64,000 nt of DNA from Azolla caroliniana (Eukaryota; Plantae; Polypodiophyta). The stretch's first letter is position 1. Every line of letters begins with the position of its first letter. The position numbers and the translations under genes are program-made. The stretch spans positions 9,300,001 through 9,364,000 of the forward strand of contig JBHGNT010000017.1 in assembly GCA_043228905.1 (NCBI GenBank). The letters are read 5' to 3'. Positions 24,201-37,460 of the stretch are shown here, piece after piece. A model generated the notes under the pieces. It was given only the letters and a program-made list of their open reading frames with translations. It searched no databases and was not told the DNA's origin.

Positions 24201-27200
24201 ATTGTACCTAAATTATGTATCTCGGTTGTGAGCATAGTACAATGATATAGGAACCATGATACAAGTTATGCAGAGGATATTATGTACAGAGAGGTAGAAC
24301 GTGAGTTTGTCAACTGATGAACACTCTCATAGGATGATGCCATATGATAACAATGTCATTCACGATGAACCACCCGGAAGATCATGCTCAAACTTCAGAA
24401 ACAATACTATGTATCATCCATGTCTTCTATGTGATGATCCATCCATGTGCCCTAGAGGTTTTGGAGTGAGCCAAATGAGCTTTTTGGTCAAGCATTATTC
24501 TCCATCTTATATACTTCATCTCCAAACCCCACAAGCAGAGCATTGGACCTCACCTTGGTTTATGGACTATCCTGACCAAAGACAAGTGGGATTCTTGTGG
24601 TCATCATATGAAAATATTAGAGAGACTATCATTGAAGTAGAAGAATCTCATGGCTCCTACAAGTACTAGGTAGAGATAATAGGCATGCATAACAATACGA
24701 TGCACAAGAGTTTCCATTAGTTGTATTTCTTCCAGATTTCTTATTCTTTCTTTACATCATCTATACATGCATTACATCAACCTAATAAATCAAGCTGTAT
24801 ATACCTAACGAATTGTAGCATTTAATAATGGCATCATCTGCAACGGACTTGAATCTTGTACACATACAACCATTTTCCCAAGACACCGTTACCAGTAACT
24901 CTGGATCTTTGGCCATTGGCAAATATTTTCGAAGACGTCAGATAAGTGCTTTTTTGGGAAATCTCACAACAAACTTCATTATCATCAACAAAATTCTTGA
25001 TCTACATTAAGACAGATACCGTGACCTGCTGGCCATTTTCACGAAATCACTTCGCATATTTTGACATAAGATTGAGGTTTTCCAGCCAGAAACATAATGC
25101 ATTACGAAGAACTTACATCATATCTAAAAACAAGTCGTTAATCATGCATAGTTTACATAATCCATTGAGAAGTTTGGGACAAACCCTGCAGATGTTTTGC
25201 GAGCACGATTTGCTGTTTTGATCACATCTCCATTCGCGAGAACTGCCTGCAGCAGCACCAGATAATACCTGAAATTTGGTGAATCAGCTGGTCTCTAAAG
25301 AATATCTAATAAGGATAGTATCAAAGCTAACCTTCAATGAGATAACATTGTCCTTCATTGTACCATACCTGAGATATTAAAGTATAGAGTAAGAAGATAA
25401 TCACACAATATTATAATTGAACATCAAGGTGAACAATGTTAATTTATCCCTGCCCAACATAATTGATACATGGGAAGGGAAGGAATTCATCTTGATATGC
25501 AGATGATTGCATACAGGGCAGTTCAATACCGGACAGCAAGAGAGCCTGAACAACGAGTTGCACACATCCCACCAATTGACGCTCCAGGACCTGGCACATA
25601 TTTACATATCCCACAAAAAGATGCTCAGCTTGATTAAAGAAATTTATTTCATACTGAACTAGTTCAAACTTCACTTGATAAATAGCATACTTGAAAGTCC
25701 TATATGTTACTGCTTTTATGCTACAAGGGTACCTGGATCTAATGGAAAAAATAATCCATAAGGTTTCAGAAATTCATTAAGTTCAATCCATCCAAGACCA
25801 GGCTCCACTACCACATCCATGTCATCAACATTCAGCGCTTTAATAGCCTAAGAGCATGCCAAATAAAACTTGTCACATTGTGGATGTGCAACAGAATTCC
25901 ACAAAATGAAGTGCTCACCTTCATTTGACTCATGTCAACGCTTACACCCTTGAAAGGGGTCAATGTTTGTCCTTCAATTGAGGTGGCACCACCAAAAGGT
26001 ATGATTGGAACCTAAAACAAAATGTACATAAGGTAGAGTGAAGAAAGAAAGAAAATATATTTATGTCTTTCAAGAGGCCAAAATGGCCTATACGACCACA
26101 AGAGATTGCATTTTAAAATGTTGTATTCTCTTTGAGAACAACAAAATAAATTAAATGTGACTACATAAAAAGTAAATAAATGCAGAAAGAAAGACAGAAA
26201 ACGATATTAACATCTTTTAAGAGGCCAAAATGGCATATAAGACCAAACAAGAGTTTACATAGTACAATATGTTGCGGTTGCATTGTTGTCCTTCAACTTC
26301 TCTCTATCTCTTGAGTTCTAGTAGAACAATCCCAAACCCTGTTGGCTTGTGTATTCCATGATTTGGAACAGGGGGCCAAAGCCTTGTTTGAAGAGGCAGT
26401 GATATCTCCCTCTTATTTCATCAAAAACACCAGTGGCAGACAGTGTTTTTCTGATTCATCCACCTGATGGTACCATTGCCATATCCATTCTTTCACAAGC
26501 TTGACTGCATATCTGCCTATCTCATTTCTAACTAATGTGAAGAGGTCCTGAACTAGACACATGAGATAGAGGTCTATCCATATAAGAAAGAAAGAAAGAA
26601 AGAAAGATATATCAAAGTCTTAAGAGGCTGAACTGGCCTATAAGACCAAACAAGAGATTACATCTTAAGTGTCCTCTCGTCTTTGAGACCAACATATCAA
26701 AATGAAATAAATATTCCTAAGTAAATATAATGGAACATAAAATAAAAAGAGACTAAATAATCTTGTTTTCGGCACATGTAAGATTCTCAAGTCCAATATA
26801 TTGTAACTTTTGTCTTCAAAAGATCTCTGGCATAGGTTGATCCACAATGGAGAGGTTTCCGAAGCAAGGTAAGCACCCGCAATGGTGGAGATAACGGCCT
26901 TTACCTGTTGATGACAAGGGTGGTGATATTATGGTTCATGACGCCGGTGCCTACATGCCCTACAAATTGCCATTGCCTGATCTTTATTATGCCCTAGTCG
27001 GGAGCACATTTGTGTAGCCCTTGATTGACTTGTAGCATTAGTACGAGTGATGGGACTAAAGAAAGTTGTGATCGTTCTTTATGGATGAGCTTGTGTGGTT
27101 GTAATGTTGTCAAACAACTTTTCATTGTGTCTCTTGAGTTCTAGCAAGAAAAGTCCTAGGAACTGTTGGTCCTCATATTCCATTGACTTGCGTAGCTGGC

Positions 27201-30200
27201 CAAAGCCTTGTTTAAAGAGGCAATGGTATCTCTCTCTTATTTCATAAAAGACACTATAGTGACAAACATAGAGTTCTTCAGATTCCACGCCTTAACGACA
27301 CAATTCCACTCCTACCTCGATCTCTAATTGATGTGATGAGGTTCACAGCTGCCCTATCACACTGCACAGCACATAGGATAGATGTATCTCCATATAAGGT
27401 GGCCTGATGATGGATCCATCCTCCGGTGTGTGTACAACGTGTCCTGTAGTGGGCCATCTTTGTACCGAGTGATATTTTGGGGCTTCACCATGTTACCTTG
27501 TTTTCCAAGTTAATAATATCAGTTTGGATCACTCTATTCTTTTCCACTTTGGTCATGTTTAGATGGGGACAGTCCAAGCTATATTGAAATGGGGTTAGTG
27601 TATTTTATGCTTATGCCATGTGACTCGAACCATTGCTTCATTTTAGCATACCAACAATGAACATCTCCATGTTCAGCCAGTTCTCTTGAACATTAGTGCT
27701 AACCTTGAGTACCTTCCTTTAGGGAACTCCCAAAGACGTTGGATCAAGTCACTAATCGGAATAATGCCTCGGTGATTATAGGGGCTGCTCCAATCTCTGC
27801 CCAAATTATATCACGGGGCACCAATGTTTTGATCCTTATCATGTGGACGATCATTGACACTAAATGTCTTTCTAAATCTTTCCAATGATTTGCTTTGTTA
27901 AGACTTCTAGGTATGTGGAGCACATATATTCCACCCTTTACTCTTCCAAGAAGAATTCTAGTTCTGATCTTGTTACCCATACTTGAGTGGCGTTAAACAC
28001 CATCACTTTAGAATTATCCATGTTTATGAACAAACCTTTGTCTTTACAAAATAGTTTAAAGACATTTAGATGTCTTTGTAGTTCCTCCAGAGAGTCAAAA
28101 ATCAGCACAATATCATCTGCATATAGCAACATTTGTATAGCTATACCCGCTAGGCAAGCTCCCGAACCCCCGAATCTCTCTATGTGATTTGATACCTCAT
28201 CTATATAGAGACCATAGAGAGTGGTAATGATACTATGTAAGAATCTAGTAAAACTGCTAAATGTACAAAAAAGTCTTGTTAGCTAAGACTGATGGACTGA
28301 AACTTCTGATTCCAAAACATATCGATTCGAGATGGAGAGGTCTCCAAAGTGAAGGACACACTTCAATGTCAGGTGATAATGCCTTTATCTATCAATGACA
28401 AGGGTGACAAGGTTTATGTGCATGACAAATTGCTATTGCCCCATCTATTGTAACCTGTTCTAGTATATGATTGAAACTGACCTTGTGTAGCCCTTGATTG
28501 ACTTGTAGCATGAGAAGGAGTGATGTTGTTAAAGAAAGTTGAGATGGTTTTTTGTTTGAGAGCTGTTGTGGATGTACTCTTGTCATTCGAAAACTTTTCC
28601 AGGTGTCTTTTGAGTTCTCGCAAGAATAATACCAATCATATTCCATTACTTTGATGAGTACGCCAAAGCCTCATTTAAAGAGGCGGTAGTATCTCCCTCT
28701 TATAACACATTGGTCCTCTTATTCCTAGCCTTGACAGCATAATTGCCAAATCTATTCTTCCATAGATTTGCGTGCGTATCGCTTATCTTAATCACTAACA
28801 GATGTAAAGAGATCCTAAGTTTCACCCTAACACATAAACTAGACGTGTACTTATATAAGAAGGCCTGATGATAATGTATGAGAAAAATGAAAAGTAATCA
28901 ATAGGATATACCATAATTGCAGGAGAGATAGACGATAAGTGGATTGCCCTATGCAGCAGTCTTACAATGTATATCACTCTTAAGAAAACATTCAAAGTGA
29001 TGCCTGCAACCTCCAACAAAATTGTGTTGCAATGATGTATTCTCCAATGTAGGTAGCATCCATTGTGAGGAATCCAAGCAGCCCAACTAAAGAGCTTAGG
29101 CAAGAACTATCCCATTGCGAGATGCTTGCTATTGTCGGGTCTTCTGGAATATCTCTCCATGGAACCCCTAACATCCTCTTTGGAACTATGTGCTGACTTC
29201 ACCAACAACTCAAAAAAGACTCTTAAAGTGCTGACCTCTACAGAAAGAAGCTCAAACATCTTTGATCATAGAAATCCAAGACCCCAAATTTTGGTTGAAA
29301 TCCCTCCCTAGAAAGGTAATAGAAGTGTACTAATATAAAATACAGCAGCATGTCTAGAACTTGTACAGTTTATGAATCATAATAGACCACATTGTTATAT
29401 TACCCTTGGGCTATTGCCCAATTTTCCAAAATACTTATTGGGGAGTGTGATGGCTCTGTCTTCTGTAAAACATGTGTATTGAAATTTAATTAGAGAACAT
29501 GATAGTCTAAGATATCTCATCTCCTATAAGTATCCAATATCACATCATCATAAAGCATGCAATTCAGACACAAGATTCAGTGAACATCGGTCAAAACAAA
29601 TGTTCAAGTCATAGTTAAGAATCACCGAGATTCCAAATACATCTACATTGTAGAACAATCACAAGATTCAAACGAGACGAGGAGAGTGAAAAAGATTCCT
29701 ACATTATATCATGTCTTTCATTCACCATAATATTTTCTAGTTAGCATTAACAACCTTAAATTTGTTGCATGCTTTCACCACTCCTACCACTTCTTCTTGA
29801 GTCCTGCAGTACAAATGTCACAGGGGGGGAAATAAACACTACTTTCAAAAAACCATAAGGTGATGATGCATGCATGGATGAATGAACAATGAACGCTTAC
29901 TTTGGGTACACAACCACATCTGGAATGTGCTCTGCAGGATGATAGCTGTTTACAGGCTTGCCATGTATTTCTCTATCCTCTGGATCGAGCACCACATACT
30001 CTTCCTATAACATAGCCAAGTAAGAGATTTCCTACAAACAGAATCCCACCCTTTAAATAAAGATCAAGGAGATAAAACCCTACACCACAAATAGCCTTCA
30101 ACTCTGCAATAAAAGAATCTTGCACATTTTGTTGACTCAAAGATTCCTGAAGAATTTGAACCCTAAAAAAGGAACAAGGTTTACGTTATGATCAAAACAT

Positions 30201-31138
30201 AATTATGTGACAACATCTAATTAAGCACATTGTGGTTAATAAACTTCCATTGAATCATCATGTTATTACATGACGGCGACAAAAATACATCTCATGAGAA
30301 CAAAACTGTCTCATTACATTGTATACAGCTTTAGAAAAGAACTTGCACAATGGTTATGAATTGAACACCATTAAGCATCAGTGGTGTTTGTACTGGGAAC
30401 TGGATTAATCTGATTTTATGCATGTAAAAAAGGGTGTCCTTGCTATTCATACCACCACAACTTATTCCTCCTTTGTAGGTTATCTAAAATAGAGGGTTTC
30501 TCAATGTTGATATGATTTTACCTGTTATACATGCGTACAATCCAAGAAGAATGAGAATGACAGGAAACATCTTCTTCGGATGATCTCCAAATAGTCTTTC
30601 ATTGTCTACAAATGTTTATGCTTGATCCAATAAACTCTACAAAAGTTTCCAATTTGCGAGTATTTTTTTTTTTCATTCATTCATATGGTACACATCCATC
30701 AATCTTCAAATTGGGCCAAGCATCTGGAAATCCTTTAATTCCTATTTTTTTGTGGAAATCCTGTGATTCCTATTTTGTTTTGTACCGAATGCCTTCCTTT
30801 CTGATGGTTTAATGCTCATTTAGAGACGATTTAAGCTCAAAGGATGAGGGAAATAAAAACAAAATAAAACAAATTCCGAGGCAAGAATATATATATATAT
30901 ATATATATATACATACATACTTGTGAGGCTCGGCGGAGAGCATCTTCTGCGAAAAGAGAAAAGCAGCGGAAGCAGAAGACGCAACAGATAAAGCGAAGAG
31001 ACCATGGCCATGTGAGTGTGAGCGACGGCGAGAATGCGAATGCGAAGAGGAGGTGGCAAGAGGGCGAGGGAAGTGGTAGAAGAAAGGAGGCGTGTAACGA
31101 GGAAAGCAGAGACGAAGCAATCGAGTCGAGAAAGCCAT
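18288..31138 (-). CDS. DLD: D-lactate dehydrogenase [cytochrome], mitochondrial (FAD-linked oxidase), 18 exons, ~548 aa
   Basis: Exons 31138-30921, 30162-30084, 30004-29901, 29803-29755, 26011-25919, 25847-25733, 25590-25530, 25368-25332, 25246-25185, 23809-23713, 23618-23544, 23466-23358, 21670-21561, 21467-21405, 21122-21043, 20963-20833, 18523-18480, 18407-18288 splice to 1647 nt without stops. Motifs: PDVVVYP, GGATSIEG, DPGPGASIGGMCATRCSGSLAVRYGTM, GSEGTLG, HAGDGNFH, TGEHGVG, NPGK..PSHVC. N-terminus is Arg/Ser-rich and transit-peptide-like. Confidence 0.95.
19200..20650 (-). mobile_element. Decayed RTE-type LINE fragment in DLD intron 16
   Basis: Minus-strand relics such as CFVDF*KALD and AEQA.FR. 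Many stops; limits approximate. Confidence 0.65.
22330..23100 (+). mobile_element. 3' fragment of RTE-type LINE in DLD intron 12
   Basis: TSSHQLEIEVGR..EEH..FYEIR.R.HCL. The same family appears inverted at 26.8-27.4 and 28.3-28.7 kb. Confidence 0.7.
26040..28740 (-). mobile_element. Cluster of RTE-type LINE fragments in DLD intron 4
   Basis: MLLYADDIVL..LQRHLN (27938-28132), SSHQLEIEVG, YEIRERYHCLFKQGFG. Repeated 3' ends AAGAGGCCAAAATGGCCTATA with (AAAG)n at ~26070, 26220 and 26620. Confidence 0.75.
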
Positions 31139-31181
31139 GGATGATGGCGGGTGAATCAATCGATGACAGTCACAGTAGTAG

Positions 31182-31228
31182 CAGTAGTAGTATGTATGTA
31201 TGTATGTATGTATGTATGTATATGTATT
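31182..31228. repeat. (TATG)n microsatellite just upstream of the DLD ATG, interrupted by the MULE
   Basis: The TATG run at 31191-31226 resumes after the element at 37004-37040. Confidence 0.8.
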
Positions 31229-31599
31229 GCTCGTGACTAACTGCTACCAAATATTAAAGAGGGCAAGTGAGGGAATCGCGGAGAGGGACGGTACAGGTCA
31301 CATCGCTGATGGCGCGTTCGATCTCCACCGTCCAAGATGGATAAAAAGCTGACAACGTCTGTCAGAAGGAGCCCGACTCTGCGAAAAGGAGCCCGACTCT
31401 GCCACAGGGAGCCCGACTCTGTCAAAAAGGAGCCCGACTCTGTCAGAAGGAGCCCCGCTGTCAGATCACATCAGTAAGAAGGAGCCCGACTCTGTAGCAA
31501 CAAACATCAAAAACTCCACAAAATTGTAAGTGTACAACAAATATTTTCCATGAAACTGACCATAAAATTTCTCAAAAAAACGTAAAGGTTCAAATAACA

Positions 31600-32790
31600 A
31601 GTCTTACATAAAATATTAAAATGTCAGATGTTGACAACCCTAAATTGAAATATACATATTAAGATTATGGCTCATGTCGGGATGATTGCAAGATGCAACC
31701 ACAATTTTTACAACATGTAACATTTGAGTCCCTTGAAGTCAAGGTCAAGCCATCGCAACGCAAACACCGAACCTTCTCATGGTCAACCAATGGCAATCTC
31801 CTCCTAGCCCGACTAGCACCTCTTTGTAATTTTCCGGAGTGGGATTTGGAAGTGTTTGGGGAGCTGCCAATAAGTTCTTGCGAGATGTCTATTGTTGCAC
31901 GAGATGTCTATTGTTGCTGCCAATAAGTTCTTGCGAGATGTCTATTTTCGACATACCTTTCCAATATTCTCTCTGCTTCTTTAAGTCGAGACCTTTGATC
32001 CCTACAATTCGCACGAGGTGCAAACCGACCACTCTCACATATTTCTTGTCGTTGCTTGTACCACTCTATTACCGTTCCTCCTATGCAAGTGCCAGTTTCA
32101 CTGTCCCCGATTAAGACATGTAGAAGGTCGGTAATTGATCGGTTTATTCTTCCCCTCAAGGCAATATACTTGATAAACTGCCAATGTCTTTCCACAATAT
32201 TGGTAGTGTCAACATGTCCATAGTTGAACATTCTACCAAACTTGGGCCAGAGTTTCCTCCACACACATGTCAAACCACAAATGTGTTTGGGACCGTTGCC
32301 CATTTACAACAATCCAAGATTGACGGTCTGTTGCAACCACATTAGTTATGGCATTATATGACGTCCAACATTTATCGATCACTATCGCATTTGGCCTCAC
32401 CGTGGGCATCCTTGCGAATATGACTCTCAAACAAGTTTCTAATGCCACTTGCTCATGGTTTGACCCCTTATCAGAACTACAAAGCATGTACCATAATGGG
32501 ATCCCAATTCCCATGGCATTGGGGGCAACTGCGGCATATAATGGTAGCCCAAATTGGTTTGTTTTAAATGTCGAGTCGATTGCCCAAGAGTTGTTTAGGG
32601 TCAACCGCTCACACATTTCCAACATCCATTGATCTTGAAGTATCAAGATAAATGGTTGTATGGCGGGAGATCCTGGTTCACCATGCAGGTAGGGTTGAAC
32701 ATGTGCCACTTTCCCAAGATCTCGGAGTGCATAGGCATGATGCAAGATCAAAGCCCAATCAACCTTAGTCATGGCACTCCCAATTTTTAA
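31600..32790 (-). pseudogene. MULE transposase, 3' half, frameshifted
   Basis: WAIDSTFKTNQFGLPLY (MULE domain), PNAIVIDK, HVDTTNIVERHWQFIKY. The 5' part is missing; local duplication at ~31866-31946. Confidence 0.88.
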
Positions 32791-32802
32791 CCTTAGTCAT
32801 AA

Positions 32803-33040
32803 GATTGACATTGAGTCTTATTATGTCTTTGAAATGGATTGACATTGAGTCTTATTTATGTCTTTGAAATGGATTGACATTGAGTCTTATTTATGTCTTT
32901 GAAATGGATTGACATTGAGTCTTATTTATGTCTTTGAAATGGAATGACATTGAGTCTTATTATGTCTTATTATGTCTTTGAATTGGATTGACATTGAGTC
33001 TTATTATGTCTTTGAAATGGATTGACATTATGTCTTACTA
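32803..33040. repeat. ~35-bp tandem repeat
   Basis: GATTGACATTGAGTCTTATT(T)ATGTCTTTGAAATG, about 7 copies. Confidence 0.9.
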
Positions 33041-33169
33041 TGTATTCTTTACGTAAGGACCGAAGCACTCTTTCTATATACTTACTCTTTATTGGCCTTT
33101 CTCAAAAACCATTGCCTTCACTACTTGTCAATAAGCTATTAGTCTTATTCTTTTGACACCCAAAACAAT

Positions 33170-33562
33170 TCCAATATACAACCAAAATGATTTTCATATA
33201 CAACCAAAATGAGATTCATACACAACCAAAATGAGATTCATATACAACCAAAATGCGATTCAAAAATTGATTCATATTCAACCAAGATGAGATTCATATA
33301 CAACCAAAATGAGATTCAAAAATTGATTCATATTCAACCAAGATGAGATTCATATACAACCAAAATGATTTACATTGAGTCATCTACAACCAAAATGATT
33401 TACATTGAGTCATCTACAACCAAAATGATTTACATTGAGTCATCTACAACCAAAATGATTTACATTGAGTCATCTACAACCAAAATGATTTACATTGAGT
33501 CATCTACAACCAAAATGAGATTCATATACAACCAAAAAGATTTACATTGAGTCATATACAAC
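33170..33562. repeat. 21/30-bp tandem repeats
   Basis: CAACCAAAATGAGATTCATATA and CAACCAAAATGATTTACATTGAGTCATCTA arrays. Confidence 0.9.
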
Positions 33563-33569
33563 CATTGCA

Positions 33570-36540
33570 AAATGACTCCACGTAGTCATATGCCCAAAGT
33601 CCTTCGTGCCCATTTTGCCATGATTTTCCGAAGGAGCTCCACGTCTTCGAATCCAAACCATTGCTCCTTACCCTACAATTGAAGATGCCATCAACAAAAA
33701 CAAAAACAAATGCTCAAATTCAAATCTCATAAATACTTACAAATTGATCGGACTCAAATCCTTGAATCAACTCCTCGACCAACATGCGAATAGTTTGCAT
33801 CACGTAATACCCACAATCGGTCCCATTAGGTTGGGTTGGGTTATCATCCATGTGGATGCCATCTCCCCTACTGTGATCAACGAACATAGTTGTATCTCCG
33901 ACAAGAAGACCGCTACATCCAGTCGTCGGCATGCCACCTGATACCTGTTTATTAGGCTAGATTAGTAACTACTAAACAAACATGATGTTAACTATTGATA
34001 TCATGCCCCCAGCATAACAACATACCTGGTGAACTTATTTCTTGCAGAGTTATCCCATGTTTTCGAGATTGTCCCTGGACCAACAAAGACAATCCCAATG
34101 TTTGCATCCTCATCTGTGTCAGATGATGTAATGAACTCCGAATTACATGGGTCCACTTCTTTCCTGCGGATTTGGATTTTCGGCCTCCTTGCTTGTTGCA
34201 TTGTCGATTCTGACAGTTGGTCTTGACCACCATCGATCTCGACATGTGCCTCATCCTTTGGTATGGGAATTCCATGACTCTTACACTACAATTCATACAT
34301 AAGATTCACACATAATCATAAGTTTTAAACTCACATAAGATGCACACAAAATCATAAACCATACTTACATAATCTTTAGACGCATCCGCAATCTTCAACC
34401 TCACTTTTGCCATCCTATGCTCCTTTCCCTCGTCATACCTGGCCATTTGTTGGCTAACGAATTGAGCAATGAAATCAGCCTCCTTGCATGTTCGAAGTGA
34501 GTCCGGAGTGGCTTTGAAGATTTTTATTGCTCTTGTCCTCAACTTCCTCATGTGTGATTGGCGTGATCTATTATACTTGAGCTCCGGATCCAAAAAACGA
34601 TTTATTGATCGTTGTCTTTCGTATTCGCTGAAGAATGATGTGGCTGTACTCCTCATGGAGGTCGATTGCTCTTCTTCGTCTATCTTTAGCCCCCGAGGCA
34701 GTATTACATGGATGCCATGTGCCTTCTGTAAATGGGCCTCCATGTCCGCTTTTTTTCGAAACCATCTCCCCTCTTTTCTACACGAATCTCCCACAATACA
34801 GGTGCGACATTTGATACCTGTTGAGTCTCTTCCACACTTGAAGAGGGACATAGGGTCCACTACAACAATGGTGTCACATTTGCATTAGAAAAACCCAAAA
34901 TATGCTTACATCAATAATGATTATAAGAATGGACATAAACTCACCATTTACTTTGATATCTTCAACACCTGGACCCACGTCATGCATGGGGTTCGTATCC
35001 ATGCTCGAGTCTTGAGTAATGATGTTTTCAGCCTCCGTATCATTGGATTTGGGGCACCTAACACCCTTTCTTACATAAACCCTAAACCAACATTCAAGTT
35101 AGCACACAAACATTATTATTTATACACAATATAAAGTAGAGAAATGATTCATGCCATACCTCCCTTCATAGGGTATTGTTTCACCCCAATCTGCATCAAA
35201 GTCTATGAAGATCTTGGACCGACTAGCCATCTGTACAAAACATTTTTAGAAAGGCATTCATTACATTACTATTATTTAGGGAGAAAAAACGCAAAGAATG
35301 TATACAAGATTTTAGATTTGACATTCAAATGTGGGCATAAAAAAGAGCCCAATAATGCATGAATCACATGGGCAAATTCAAGCATTCAAATGTTGGCATT
35401 TAAATGACATTCAAATGTTGGCAAAATCAAAATCATACATGTATTCAATCATACACAGCCCATGGGAGATCTTAAATGCACACATACATGTATTAAATCA
35501 CAGCCTATAGAAGATCTTAAATACACACAAACATGTATTCAATCATACACATGCACACACATTCGCAGCCCATGGAAGATCTAAAATACACAAATACATG
35601 TATTCAATCATACACATGTATACACACACATTCCCAAATAAATGTATTCATCATACAACAAACACACACATTCACAGCCCAAAGAAGATCTTAAATACAC
35701 ACATACATGTATTCAACCATCACACACAGAAATGTATTCAATCATACACACACAGAAATGTATTCAATCATACACACACAGAAATGTATTCAATCATACA
35801 CATGTATACACACACATTCCCAAATAAATGTATTCAATCATACAACAAACACACACATTCACAGCCCAAAGAAGATCTTAAATACACACATACATGTATT
35901 CAACCATCACACACACAAATGTATTCAATCATACACACACAGAAATGTATTCAATCATACACATGTATACACACACATTCCCAAATAAATGTATTCAATC
36001 ATACAACAAACACACACATTCACAGCCCAAAGAAGATCTTAAATACACACATACATGTATTCAACCATCACACACACAAATGTATTCAATCATACACACA
36101 TACATGTATTCAATCATACACACACAGAAATGTATTCAATCATACACATGTATACACGCACATTCCCAAATAAATGTATTCAATCATACAACAAACACAC
36201 ACATTCACAGCCCAAAGAAGATCTTAAATACACACATACATGTAACCCTAAACCCATCACACACACAAATGTATTCAATCATACACACACAGAAATGTAT
36301 TCAATCATACACACACATACATGTATTTAATCATACACATACACACACAAATGTATTGAATCATACACACATACATGTATTTAATCATACACACATTTAT
36401 GGTACCTATTAGAAGCAACCCTAAACCTAATAGAAAGAATATGATACCTAATAAAAACCAAAACCTAATAGAAGGAATATGATGCCTACCTCTGGACTGC
36501 AGGTGCTCGCAGTGCCTCACCGGAGATGTTTGCAACGAGT
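33570..36540 (-). pseudogene. Second, multi-exon gene in the MULE: C2H2-like finger + Ulp1/C48 protease-like C-terminus
   Basis: CRTC..WFRKKADMEAHLQKAHG (34306-34860) and QPNGTDCGYYVMQTIR (33740-33830). GT-AG-bounded blocks. Limits approximate. Confidence 0.6.
35440..36400. repeat. Complex CA-rich minisatellite with ~160-190-bp higher-order units
   Basis: ATGTATTCAATCATACACAC core, with repeated CACAGCCCAAAGAAGATCTTAAATAC. Confidence 0.9.
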
Positions 36541-37460
36541 GCTCGCAGATAGGTGGTGCGCCTCGCTCAAGAACCCTAAACCCTCAAACCCACGAATGAC
36601 AGAAAATGACAGAAAATGACAGAAAATGGGTTTTTATACTTCCTTGAACATGAATGAGAAGGGCTCCCTTTTGACAAAATGGAGCCATTCTTTAATGAGT
36701 CGGGCTCCAAGGGAGCCCTTCTTTAATGAGTCGGGCTCCATTTTGCCTGAATGGGTTTTTATACTTCCCTGAACATGAATGAGAAGGGCTCCCTTTCACA
36801 AAGTGGAGCCCTTCTTTAATGAGTCGGGCTCCATTTTGTATGAGCCGGGCTCCCTTTTTACGTGGCGCGCTTTTTCGCGCCTATTCCACATCCATCTTGG
36901 ACGGTGGAGATCGAACGCGCCATCAGCGGTGCGACCTGCACCGTCCCTCTCCGCGATTCCCTCACTTGGCCTCTTTAATATTTGGTAGTAGTTAGACACC
37001 ACGATATGTATTATGTAATGTATGTATGTACTATGTATGTAGGTAAGAGTATAGTAGTTAAGTGTCTGTCGCAAATCAATAATAAATATGTATGTATTGT
37101 ATCAGTATTTATATAGCCTACTACAATCATCGGTTTTGGCTTCTTCTTTTGGGCAAAGCAAGCTCTTCTCCAAACCCTCTTTGCCTTTGCCTTTCACCAT
37201 TGCATTTGCAATGTAATATGTATAATGGGTAAGAGTGAGAGAGTGTCTACTTGCAACGAATTAATAAAGAGGCTTGCTCTGCTTGCGAACGGTGTGCATG
37301 GGAGCACAATTCGATAATCCCATGACATCTGTACCATCATATCATTATCCACAAAAAGCGCACGCCCATAACTAATGGGGTTCTGTCCAACAGCCTCTGT
37401 CACGTCAAACTTGGCTCCTTCCCTACGTCTATCACTCTAACTTAGCTCTTCCCTTGCGTT

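Larger units (their letters stand above)
31229..37003 (-). mobile_element. Mutator-like element with ~115-bp TIRs and 9-bp TSD ATATGTATT
   Basis: TIRs at ~31229-31343 and ~36890-37003 (CTAACT(G/A)CTACCAAATATTAAAGAGG..GAGGGAATCGCGGAGAGGGACGGT). TSD at 31220-31228 and 37004-37012. Subterminal GGAGCCCGACTC repeats are inverted at the two ends. Confidence 0.93.

Noticed and set aside
24301-24669. 122-aa plus-strand ORF in a DLD intron
   Set aside because: No recognisable motif; probably decayed repeat.
33365-33550. MIYIESSTTK repeat ORF
   Set aside because: 30-bp tandem repeat with no coding evidence.
35598-36412. His/Thr-rich ORFs
   Set aside because: Translation artefacts of a minisatellite.
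6908-37003. D-LDH captured between two MULEs as a Pack-MULE
   Set aside because: The right MULE is self-contained with its own TIRs and TSD; the left is much more decayed; the gene keeps full intron structure.
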